Assembly: GCA_903850565.1 (NCBI GenBank)
Contig: CAINLV010000059.1
Location: 15,981 to 79,980, forward strand
Source of the DNA: an uncultured Actinomycetes bacterium
GTDB taxonomy: Bacteria > Actinomycetota > Actinomycetes > Nanopelagicales > Nanopelagicaceae
Direction of reading: 5' to 3'
DNA: 64,000 nt
Positions 54,932-63,417 of the stretch are shown here, one piece after another. A program made the translations under genes and the position numbers. Position 1 is the first letter of the stretch, and every line of letters starts with the position of its first letter. A model generated the notes under the pieces. The model saw only the letters and a program-made list of their open reading frames with translations. It ran no database searches and was not told the DNA's origin.

Positions 54932-57739
54932 CTATTTAATATTTAGACTTTTTGTCAACACAGGCAATCCATTAACAAATACGCGGACAATCTTTGCGCC
55001 AGCGGTTACAACATTCTTTCCAACTTTTGCAACTTTGTCATTAATTAATACTTTTCCAATTCCACCGGAAACTGAAACTGTAATTGTTCGACCTGATGCA
55101 GTGATAGAAACTGACGGAACAACAGTTAGCGTTGTTGTAACACGAAGTGCGCCGTAACTACCAGATGCAACTTGGGTTGCAGTGATGGTTGTCTTTCCAG
55201 CTTTTAATCCTTGTATTTTTCCGCCAGCAATTACTGCAATAGATAGATCGGAAATCGTGTAACCCCAAACTCCCTTAGATGGCGATGCTGGTGGCACGAT
55301 TACAAATCCAGATCCAGTCATCTTTACCACGATTGGATTCCACGAAATCGTTACTGCTGCCGGAGATACAGTTACCGTGAATGTCGTAGAAGCAGATGAG
55401 AAAGTGGCGGTCGCTGATTGTGTCGCAGTAATCGTTACAACTCCGATAGCTTTAGGGGCGAGCACATTTGCCGAAACGGAAACTATTTTTGGATTGGAAG
55501 ATACAAAACTCCAAAGGCCTGGTGAATTTGATGTTGGGTTTGAGAGCGTGATCGACTTTTCAGTTAAGTTAGAAGTTCGATTCGCAATGGTTCCGATTGT
55601 CGGCTTCCCCAGTACCGTCACAGTAAAAGTAATTGGAGCTGACGCAGAGAATTCACCTTTGGCAGTTTGGACTCCCGTGATGATGGCGGTGCCAGATGCA
55701 GATGCAATCAAGGAACCATTGGAGACTGAGACAACAGATTCATTCCCTGACGTGAAGACCCACTCCCCCAAAGAATCTGAAGTTGGAGTCGCAATCTTTC
55801 GTGGAGCTTCGCCAACCACCAAAGTGATCGAGGGCAGAGATCCAACAACAGGAGACTTGGAGCCAATTTTTATTGTGAAAGTTTTTGACACAGGTGCATA
55901 ATCTTTTGTGCCTGCCTGTGTTGCCGTGATAGTTACGGTTCCGACAGAAAGTAAGTGCAAAGTTTTTCCGTCAAGGGTTGCAATTGATTTGTCTGATGAT
56001 GAGTAACTCCATGCACCAGTAGAAGTTGAAGTTGGGTCAACCAAGACAATGGTCTTCTCTCCCAGTGAAACAACTTTCTCGGTCAAACCTGACACTTCAG
56101 GTACTGGCAAAACTGTGACCGAAAATGTCACGGGTGCCGATGCGGAGTAATTCCCTTGCGCTGATTGAATTGCGCTGATTGTTGTTACGCCCAACCCAAT
56201 GGCCGTGACATGCGTTCCAGAAACTGTGGCGATGGCCGGATTACTGGAAGTGAATACCCATTCGCCGGTAGAAGTTGACGTTGGGAATGAAATATTAAAT
56301 GGGGCATCTCCCAAACCAATGGACATTGGGGCGAAAGTACCGACAACTGGAATGATTCCATTCAAACTCAAACTCAATTGCGCAGTGGCAGGTGCCCAGA
56401 AGATGTCGGAAGCTTGTGTTGCCGTGATAATCGCTTTACCCACGCCAACGGGAGTCACTTCATTTCCGGAGACGGTGGCGATATTTGGATTTTCGGATGC
56501 GTAGGTCCATGTCCCAGCCGAAGTAGATGTTGGTGGGGTTAGCGTAAATTTGCCATCACTTAAATTCCTGGTGATATCTGCCCACTTACCAATGGTTGGA
56601 GCGGCGCCAGTGACGATGAGGGTCATGGTCACCGGAGAGGAAGCTCCGTATTTACCCGATGCGGCCTGAGTTGCCGAAATAACTGATGTGCCCGCCCCAA
56701 CAACGGTCACTACATTTCCGGAGACTGTTGCAACTTGCAGATTTGCCGATGTGTAGGTCCAAGCGCCAGCCGAGTTAGAGGTTGGCGGTGGGAGGGTGAA
56801 AGTATTGGAAGCCAATGGCTTCAACGCAACCGTGACGTCTGGGAATGGTCCAACTGTCGGTGGGCCGCCCACAACGGTTACAGTCATGGTCTTCGTGATC
56901 GAGGCGTAATTGGCACTGGCGGCTTGTGTCGCGCTAATGGTGGAAGTTCCGACCGAAAGCGGCGTCAGTACATTGCCAACAACCGTTGCTACCGTGGGGT
57001 TAGATGAAGTGAAGGTCCACGCACCAGAGGAAGTCGAGGTCGGTGGATTGAGCGCCATGCTCAGCACCGATCCCAAAACCACCTGCATATCTGGGAATGG
57101 CGATACGACTGGTGCGCCACCGGTAATAGTGACAACCGCTGCCTTAATTACAGCAGCCCAGTTGTAGTTGGCTGCCTGAGTTGCAGTGACACTTACAGTT
57201 CCAATGGAATTTAATGTCAAGGTAGATCCTGAAATCGAAGCCACAGCTGCATTAGAAGATGTGTATGTCCAAGCCCCGGACGATTGCGAAGTAGGTTCGG
57301 TCAAGGAAACTGTCTTTTGATCCAGAGCAGTGTTGATCGCAGGGAAGGTGCCAGTGACTGGCGTGGCCGGGTTGACGGTCAAGATCGTGGTGATGTTCTT
57401 CGGGCCGAAATCTCCAAAAGCTGCTTGGCTTGCCGTAATTGTGGACGTTCCAATATTAAGAATTGCCAAAGTGTTGGTACCTGCCACGACGGAGGCGACC
57501 GTCGGATTGGATGATGCCAGAGACCAAGTACCTGCGGAGTTGGAGTTTGGCAGGGTTACGGCCACGGCACCTACGCCCCAGGTTGCGTTAATAGCGGGGA
57601 ATGCCCCAAAGGTGGGGACGGTGATTGCTCGGGCCGGGGCTTGAATGCCGCTGGCGGCCAAAAGCGCTAAAAGGGTTCCCAGAATTATTCGTTTCGCGCT
57701 GGAATTTAAAGTCTTCGAATTTCTGGTCATTTTTAGCAT
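54932..57739 (-). CDS. Secreted protein with about ten tandem bacterial Ig-like (Big_2-type) repeats
   Basis: 935 aa. Signal peptide ...LLAASGIQAPARA, then ~85-aa units of the form SxGxW(S/T)(Y/F)(T/S)SSNPxVA(T/S)V.G..LT....GT..ITATQAA...Y. Confidence 0.8.
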   Translation of the reverse strand: MLKMTRNSKTLNSSAKRIILGTLLALLAASGIQAPARAITVPTFGAFPAINATWGVGAVAVTLPNSNSAGTWSLASSNPTVASVVAGTNTLAILNIGTSTITASQAAFGDFGPKNITTILTVNPATPVTGTFPAINTALDQKTVSLTEPTSQSSGAWTYTSSNAAVASISGSTLTLNSIGTVSVTATQAANYNWAAVIKAAVVTITGGAPVVSPFPDMQVVLGSVLSMALNPPTSTSSGAWTFTSSNPTVATVVGNVLTPLSVGTSTISATQAASANYASITKTMTVTVVGGPPTVGPFPDVTVALKPLASNTFTLPPPTSNSAGAWTYTSANLQVATVSGNVVTVVGAGTSVISATQAASGKYGASSPVTMTLIVTGAAPTIGKWADITRNLSDGKFTLTPPTSTSAGTWTYASENPNIATVSGNEVTPVGVGKAIITATQASDIFWAPATAQLSLSLNGIIPVVGTFAPMSIGLGDAPFNISFPTSTSTGEWVFTSSNPAIATVSGTHVTAIGLGVTTISAIQSAQGNYSASAPVTFSVTVLPVPEVSGLTEKVVSLGEKTIVLVDPTSTSTGAWSYSSSDKSIATLDGKTLHLLSVGTVTITATQAGTKDYAPVSKTFTIKIGSKSPVVGSLPSITLVVGEAPRKIATPTSDSLGEWVFTSGNESVVSVSNGSLIASASGTAIITGVQTAKGEFSASAPITFTVTVLGKPTIGTIANRTSNLTEKSITLSNPTSNSPGLWSFVSSNPKIVSVSANVLAPKAIGVVTITATQSATATFSSASTTFTVTVSPAAVTISWNPIVVKMTGSGFVIVPPASPSKGVWGYTISDLSIAVIAGGKIQGLKAGKTTITATQVASGSYGALRVTTTLTVVPSVSITASGRTITVSVSGGIGKVLINDKVAKVGKNVVTAGAKIVRVFVNGLPVLTKSLNIK

Positions 57740-57848
57740 GATAAAAACTTACTCTTTTAACCTTAAAGGAGAGGCTCTCCCACGAGGGTTTCACCAACAA
57801 AACCTATTTCACACCTAATTATTTAGGCATTTATCTTGGGAATGGCGA

Positions 57849-57880
57849 AAGCCCGCCTCCTGTTTCCAAGAGGCGGGCTT
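57849..57880 (-). terminator. Strong GC-rich hairpin downstream of the 57934..59829 gene (likely an intrinsic terminator, possibly bidirectional)
   Basis: AAGCCCGCCTC-10 nt-GAGGCGGGCTT, an 11-bp perfect stem. It is followed by TTTCGCC on the minus strand and CCTATTT on the plus strand. Confidence 0.6.
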
Positions 57881-57933
57881 CCTATTTAACTATTTACATC
57901 CTTGCTAGGAACGAATTCCTCACGAAGGGGTAA

Positions 57934-59829
57934 TTAGGCATTGACCTTCTTCTGGATCTTTACAACCAGGTTGGTCAAGCTGGTGAGCTGAGCCCTAACA
58001 GATGCGAGCAATGAAGCAACAGAAGTTGCAAGAGCATTGACTGCAGCAAGGGCTTGACCAGCTTGGTCAGCAGCCTTGTTAGCAGCATCGGTTGCAGCGT
58101 TAGCAGCATCAGCAGCATCTTGTGCGGCAGCAGTTGCTGAATCAGCAGCATCTGCAGCTGCGTTAGCAGCGTCAGTTGCAGCGTTAGCAGCGGTCTCTGC
58201 GTTAGCAGCAGTGTCAGCAGCAGTGTTAGCAGCATCGGTTGCAGCGTTAGCAGCATCTACAGCATCTTGTGCAGCAGAGGTTGCAGCGTCAGCAGCGTCA
58301 GCAGCAGCTGTAGCAGCATCGGTTGCAGCGTTAGCAGCATCCAAAGCTTCGGCAGCAATATCAGCAGCTGAGTTAGCAGCGTCTAGAGCTGAAGTATCAG
58401 CAGCAACAACTGTAGATCCGGTGATAACAGCAGCAGCAGCAGCAGTTGCTACATAGGTACCAGCAGCACCCATTGTTGCGGTGAAGTTAACATTTCCGGC
58501 AACTAGTGGAGCGTATGCGGTGTAAGTAGTAACGCCACCAACAAATGCTGGGGAAACGTTAGACAAAACACCTGAGATTGAGATCAATGATGCGTTAGCA
58601 ACAATTCCGCCAGCAGCGAAGAAGTTGGTAGCAGCAGCAGCGTCGCCAACCAAGGCGCCAGTTGAATCTTTGGCGGTCAAGGTAAGGGTCATCTTCTCGC
58701 CTGGAGAATAGGTGGCCTTATCGAAGGTGATGGTTGCGGATGAAGCAGCAACGCCACCAACTGAGACGGTTGTTGCAGAAGTAGCACCAGTACCGGAATC
58801 GGTTGAGGTGATAACTGCAGTACCTGAAGCAACACCAGTAACAGTGACTACGCCAGCTGCATAAGCAACGGTAGCGACGCCAGTGTTAGAAGAAGAAGCA
58901 GCAGTAATTGTTCCTGGAAGAACGGCAGCGTTTCCATTGACGTCAAGACCAGCAAGAGTCAAGGTACCGGTACCGGCAACAGGAACAATGGTCTTTGAAG
59001 CAACTGAGGTACCGAACTTAGCGAAAGATCCCGCCAAGGTAACAGTCTTGGTTGCAAGAACAGCACCATTAACAGAAATGGTGATGGTTCCAACGCCAGC
59101 TACGCCATTTGCATAGACATAGAAGTCGCTCACGTTAGCAACCGCAGCAGCTACAACAGCAGTAGGACCAGTCAAGGTACCGTCGAAGCGAGTAGAAACT
59201 GCACCAGCACCCGAGATTGAAACAGTTACAGCCTTGGTCAATCCAACGGTCAAAGCCGCTGGAGTTGCGTTGAGCTGTGAAACTGTGAGTCGAGCAATTG
59301 GAGTTGCTGAATTAGCTGAAGAAACAACGATTGGTGTAGCAACAACGGCTGCATCAGTAACTGATGTAGCAGCTGCGCCAACAACGGAGGTGATGTAACC
59401 AGTTGAAGAGGTGTAAGCCTCAGGAGTAGGAACAGCAGAAACAACGATTGTTACTGTGTCAGTAACAGTTGGGCTGTAGGTTCCTGGACCGGTTAGTGCA
59501 TAACCACTAACGGTGATGGTTCCGACTGCAGGAGTTGCAACGCTAATTACGTTTCCACCAGCAGCGATTGTTGCAGTGGTGGTTCCACCAACAAATGTGC
59601 CACCAGAAACGGTGACATATTCTGATGAAACTACACCAAGGGTCAAGCCAACAGAGTTAGCAGGACCAGCAAATGAGGTACCTGCGTTGGTACCGGCGCC
59701 GCCGTAACCAGCTCCGACGTTCAAGTTTGTATTTGCAACTGCGTTAGCTGAAACGGCAGAGATTCCGCCGATTGCCAATGCTGCTGCAGCAACAAGCGCT
59801 ACGCGCTTAAAAGCTGTCTTTGTAGACAT
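57934..59829 (-). CDS. Secreted Ala/Thr/Gly/Val-rich protein with a C-terminal Ala/Asp-rich coiled-coil (S-layer- or fibril-like candidate)
   Basis: Start chosen at MSTKTAFKRVALVAAAALAIGGISAVSANA (RBS AAAGGAAAA); the track ORF starts at 59961. A ~450-aa beta-rich region is followed by ~150 aa of DAANAATDAAN-type repeats, ending LLASVRAQLTSLTNLVVKIQKKVNA. I saw no LPXTG, lipobox or second TM helix. Confidence 0.7.
   Translation of the reverse strand: MSTKTAFKRVALVAAAALAIGGISAVSANAVANTNLNVGAGYGGAGTNAGTSFAGPANSVGLTLGVVSSEYVTVSGGTFVGGTTTATIAAGGNVISVATPAVGTITVSGYALTGPGTYSPTVTDTVTIVVSAVPTPEAYTSSTGYITSVVGAAATSVTDAAVVATPIVVSSANSATPIARLTVSQLNATPAALTVGLTKAVTVSISGAGAVSTRFDGTLTGPTAVVAAAVANVSDFYVYANGVAGVGTITISVNGAVLATKTVTLAGSFAKFGTSVASKTIVPVAGTGTLTLAGLDVNGNAAVLPGTITAASSSNTGVATVAYAAGVVTVTGVASGTAVITSTDSGTGATSATTVSVGGVAASSATITFDKATYSPGEKMTLTLTAKDSTGALVGDAAAATNFFAAGGIVANASLISISGVLSNVSPAFVGGVTTYTAYAPLVAGNVNFTATMGAAGTYVATAAAAAVITGSTVVAADTSALDAANSAADIAAEALDAANAATDAATAAADAADAATSAAQDAVDAANAATDAANTAADTAANAETAANAATDAANAAADAADSATAAAQDAADAANAATDAANKAADQAGQALAAVNALATSVASLLASVRAQLTSLTNLVVKIQKKVNA
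57975..58400 (-). repeat. Imperfect direct repeats within the coding sequence (Ala/Asp-rich tail)
   Basis: GTTAGCAGCATCGGTTGCAGCGTTAGCAGCATC recurs at ~58077, ~58225 and, with a 1-nt difference, ~58310. The whole segment is GCA/GCT/GAT-rich. Confidence 0.8.
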
Positions 59830-59961
59830 TGTTTTCCTTTCAATAGTCGCTGATGGGACGTTCCCACCTGCGGCTTCGAGATGAGTCGCACGTGCTGACA
59901 CATCTCTATTCCGACGCAATATCCGGACTGCATCGGAAACCTGGTTTATGAGCGAAGTCAT

Positions 59962-61401
59962 TTACTTCACTCCTTTCGATCCCACGGTGGAGACCTGTAT
60001 TGCCTGAGCCAAAATCTGGGACTTAGTCGCATTCAGGAGAATCCTGGTGGTGATCTGCGATGGTGCCGCCGTTACATCTACGCCCTGGGCGGCCGGGATG
60101 GCCATACCAGTTTCAACAAATGAATCAACGAATAAGGTGGCGGTTACCAAGTAGGAACCATCTTCTAGACGTTGGAAGTCGGTCGTTGTTGCGGAGAGCT
60201 TGAGCGGAGTCCAATTGTGAGCAAGTGTAACCGAGGCGCTGGCCGTATAAGTCGTACCGGCTCCCGAGACGCTTAGTGTCTGATCCAAGAGGACGTTGAC
60301 GGCCGCTGGGTCATAAGACATGGCGTTGGTCTTTAGGACCAGGCCATCAGCGGTCAAAATTGGGGAAGGCTTGCCGATAATCAATTTGCCGAGGTGGCCT
60401 TGGGTATCGGTGGCGGTAAAACCAGTTGGTACGCCTGCCTTATCTAGTCCAGCGAAGGTAAGGGCGGGGATCTTCACATCAACCTGTGGAACCTGGGCCG
60501 AAGATTTGACCGAGCCGGCAGGAGTACCTGCTGGGGTTGGGGTCGATGAAGCTGGTGCAGTGGTTTCAGAGGAAGCCGAAGAGGTGGTTGGCACAGCAAC
60601 TGGGAGTGAGGAATCGCTATTTCCAGTTACTTGTGAACTTGCAACTGGGGAAACCTTGGCGACTTCGTGACCAGTGACTGAGTTGAAGCCCAAGAAGGCA
60701 ACAACCAAAATAATGAGGGAAAGGGCAGCCTTGGAGGACTTTTTGGCAAGCTCAGCGGCTTTCTTATAAGAAGAGGACAAAGCTTCAAGGGCGGTGGTGC
60801 CATTTTCTTCGTCAACGACCCATTCGGTAAGGATTCGGACGAAGGAAGCGCGAGCGCGACCAACCACATGGCGAACATTGGCTGGGGTGGTTCCAATCGC
60901 TGCGGCGATTTCCTCGGTGGTGCGACCTTCCATCTCCCACATAACCAACGCGGTGCGTTGATCGGCAGAGAGGCGGGAAAGGGCTTCGCGAATAATAGAG
61001 GCATCTTCGGCAGCGGCCAGGGTGGCATCGAAGGGGATGTGAGCCTGAGCCGAGATCTCATTTAAGCGCTCTTGTGAGGTATCTGAATCAATGGCAACCA
61101 AATTAGGGCGCGTCCCAGTCGCCCGAATTTGGTTAAGGCAAAGGTTGTTAACGGTGGTGCGAAGGTAAGCAAGGGCGCGATCGTGGGTATCTAGCTCAGG
61201 AGCGGCCATAATGAATTTGAGGAAGGCTTCTTGGACAATTTCAGCGGCATCAGCATCGGAGCGGAGAATCCGGCGAGCCTGAGAAACCAAGGATGAGCGT
61301 TCTGCGGCGTATAGAGCGGAGAGATCGGCTACCGACCAATCGGATACGGTGGATGGCACGACGGTTTCCACCGTTGTGTTCGCTTTTCTGCGAAGTGCCA
61401 T
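59962..61401 (-). CDS. ECF-type sigma-70 family factor fused to a transmembrane helix and an extracytoplasmic C-terminal domain
   Basis: 479 aa. Region 2 is DAAEIVQEAFLKFIMAAPELDTHDRALAYLRTTVNNLCLNQIR. Region 4 is LSADQRTALVMWEMEGRTTEEIAAAIGTTPANVRHVVGRARASF. These are followed by TM helix AALSLIILVVAFLGFNSV, a Ser/Thr/Pro linker and a ~170-aa beta-rich domain. Confidence 0.8.
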   Translation of the reverse strand: MALRRKANTTVETVVPSTVSDWSVADLSALYAAERSSLVSQARRILRSDADAAEIVQEAFLKFIMAAPELDTHDRALAYLRTTVNNLCLNQIRATGTRPNLVAIDSDTSQERLNEISAQAHIPFDATLAAAEDASIIREALSRLSADQRTALVMWEMEGRTTEEIAAAIGTTPANVRHVVGRARASFVRILTEWVVDEENGTTALEALSSSYKKAAELAKKSSKAALSLIILVVAFLGFNSVTGHEVAKVSPVASSQVTGNSDSSLPVAVPTTSSASSETTAPASSTPTPAGTPAGSVKSSAQVPQVDVKIPALTFAGLDKAGVPTGFTATDTQGHLGKLIIGKPSPILTADGLVLKTNAMSYDPAAVNVLLDQTLSVSGAGTTYTASASVTLAHNWTPLKLSATTTDFQRLEDGSYLVTATLFVDSFVETGMAIPAAQGVDVTAAPSQITTRILLNATKSQILAQAIQVSTVGSKGVK

Positions 61402-61601
61402 TTGATTTATCTCCTGTTTTAGTGAGCAGCGTCCTGCCCTCTACTAGTTAAGACACCTGGGCGGGGCAAATGTTGTGCTCTGGGGGAAAGATTTTTGGTT
61501 TATTTCCATTTATTTCCATTTTCCCCGGTTTTGGCCTCTCCCTGGGGTGAAAATACCGATTTGAGCTGGGAATGGGCTGGGAAATCTGGCGACGGGGACG
61601 C

Positions 61602-61649
61602 AAAAAGCCCCGCTTCTGGATTCAGATGGGAGGTATCCGAAAGCGGGGC
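61602..61649 (-). terminator. Intrinsic terminator-like hairpin with a U-tract on the minus strand
   Basis: GCCCCGCTT...AAGCGGGGC (9 bp) is extended by an inner GGAT/ATCC pairing. On the minus strand it is followed by TTTTTG. It separates the small 61772..61903 ORF from the sigma gene. Confidence 0.5.
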
Positions 61650-61771
61650 CGTTAGGTGTCTAGCCTTTTCCAACACAGACTCGGGGGAATCTGAAAATTC
61701 GCTTTATCTAGTGGGGCTCTCTCCGGTATCCCCACTAGACAAGCCTAGACAAGCATTGAGCGAAAAAGTCT

Positions 61772-61903
61772 TTAGTTGGCAGCGTATTCAGTCAACAAGA
61801 TTTCGATCTGAGAGATCATGAAATCTTTATCAATCTCAGAAAGAAGCTGCCAATCTTCAATCTGGTTTTCCAGTTCTTCAAGTTCAAATACTTTGGTATC
61901 CAT
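61772..61903 (-). CDS. Possible 43-aa acidic ORF
   Basis: My own translation is MDTKVFELEELENQIEDWQLLSEIDKDFMISQIEILLTEYAAN. It is below the track cut-off and has no clear RBS. A 10-bp stem hairpin (~61707-61739) and the terminator lie downstream. Confidence 0.25.
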   Translation of the reverse strand: MDTKVFELEELENQIEDWQLLSEIDKDFMISQIEILLTEYAAN

Positions 61904-62117
61904 GCGTAAAGAATAACGCTTTCGATATTTTGACCGTTACCAAAATTGGACATTATCTATGTCTGCTTCATCACTTAAAAGAACACGACCCCTGAAAGTA
62001 TTGAAATGTAATGCTTTCAACGATCTTTATAGGTGCTGGCTCTCTCTAGTTTGGGGCTGGCTCTACTTTGGTGATGAAACTCTCTTTCAACTATTGATCT
62101 TCTATTATTGTTCAAAA

Positions 62118-62948
62118 ATGAATTTGAACCAGAAAGAAAAGGCCCGCATTGTCGAGGCTGCAGAGGCTGCGTATTTAGCCGCTTCCTTTTCGCTGGCTCC
62201 CGCCGAAGTAGCAAAAGAATTGGGCATGAAAGTTTTTCAAGTATGGGGCGGTGTTGCATCGTTGATGGCCAATGATCCAACCGGTGGATTTTGGTCACGC
62301 GTTATTGGAATTGGAATCGATCGACCAATCTCTGTTGATTTTCTTGAAGCAATAGAATCGCTCTACATTACTAATGGTTGCAAGGTGGCCACGGTGCAAG
62401 TCAGTCCACTGGCACAACCTGAAAATTTCGAAGATTTATTATCGGCCGCTGGTTTCGTTAAAGGCCATTCGTGGATCAAACTTCTAAGAGAGTTAAATGA
62501 TATTCCAGATGTTGAATCTGATTTAGAAGTGCGCGAAATTGAAACTTCAGCGGGCGATGAATACGGTCGGGTTTATTGGGATGGCTTCGGCTTACCCGAC
62601 CCAACGTTGCAAAAATGGATGAGCGCACATGTTGGAAAGCCCGATTGGAAAATCTACGGAGCGTTCGATGGGGCGACCATGGTTGGAGTGGGTGCGCTTT
62701 ATCTACGTGGTGATGTTGCCTGTTTGAGCGGAGCAGCCACACTTGAAAGTCATAGAAATCGCGGGGCCCAGAGCGCGCTTATGGTCGCTAGATTAAGAGC
62801 GGCTTCGGAGTTAGATCTCAGTTGGGCCAGCACCGAAACTGGAACTGAATCAGAAGGTGAGCCCAATCCATCCCTTCACAATATGCGCAGATTAGGTTTT
62901 GAAGAGGTTTACCAGCGTTATAACTGGGTCAAACGGTATAACCAATAA
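62118..62948 (+). CDS. GNAT-family N-acetyltransferase
   Basis: Start chosen at MNLNQKEKARIVEAAE (the track ORF starts at 61959 with an implausible Trp/Cys/Leu-rich leader). The acetyl-CoA motif region is HRNRGAQSALM. Confidence 0.65.
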   Translation: MNLNQKEKARIVEAAEAAYLAASFSLAPAEVAKELGMKVFQVWGGVASLMANDPTGGFWSRVIGIGIDRPISVDFLEAIESLYITNGCKVATVQVSPLAQPENFEDLLSAAGFVKGHSWIKLLRELNDIPDVESDLEVREIETSAGDEYGRVYWDGFGLPDPTLQKWMSAHVGKPDWKIYGAFDGATMVGVGALYLRGDVACLSGAATLESHRNRGAQSALMVARLRAASELDLSWASTETGTESEGEPNPSLHNMRRLGFEEVYQRYNWVKRYNQ

Positions 62949-63044
62949 ACCAAAGAAAGATAGTTCTGGCCTTTGGCAAAAATAGAAGTTGAACTTTTCA
63001 CCTCTGACTGGAAGCCTAAGTTATGAGAGAACGAAAGGGTTGAC

Positions 63045-63416
63045 ATGGCAACGGTGGAATTAACGGAAGAGACTTTCGAGGCAGCGATCATGCAACCTGG
63101 GATCGTTTTTGTGGATTTTTGGGCAGCATGGTGTGGGCCTTGTCGGATGTTTGGCCCTATTTTTGAAAAAGCGTCTGATGCTCATGCGGATATCACCTTT
63201 GGCAAAGTTGATACAGAGGCCGAACAACAATTAGCCGGCATGGCTGGAATTTCTTCCATCCCAACTTTGATGGCCTTTCGGGACGGCATTATGTTATTTA
63301 ACCAAGCTGGAGCTTTACCAGAATCCAACTTTGAAGAATTGATCGCCGCAGTGCGAGCTGCCGATATGGATGCTATTCGCAAAGAGATCGAAGAAAATTC
63401 AGCGCAACCTAATTGA
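63045..63416 (+). CDS. trxA: Thioredoxin
   Basis: 123 aa. Motifs VDFWAAWCGPCRMFGP and SIPTLMAF. Confidence 0.93.
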   Translation: MATVELTEETFEAAIMQPGIVFVDFWAAWCGPCRMFGPIFEKASDAHADITFGKVDTEAEQQLAGMAGISSIPTLMAFRDGIMLFNQAGALPESNFEELIAAVRAADMDAIRKEIEENSAQPN

Positions 63417-63417
63417 T

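Noticed and set aside
57975-58456. Regularly spaced direct repeats that could be mistaken for a CRISPR-like array, plus the 126-aa poly-Ala ORF on the plus strand.
   Set aside because: The repeats are imperfect, in frame, and encode the Ala/Asp-rich tail of the 57934..59829 protein. There are no unique spacers and no cas genes. The plus-strand ORF is the mirror image of GCN-rich coding sequence.
61495-61821. The 108-aa plus-strand ORF in the large intergenic region.
   Set aside because: Its composition (Trp/Ser/Gly/Phe-rich) is not protein-like and it has no RBS. It spans the hairpins and terminator that make more sense as RNA or DNA elements. I kept it only as part of the non-coding-region finding.
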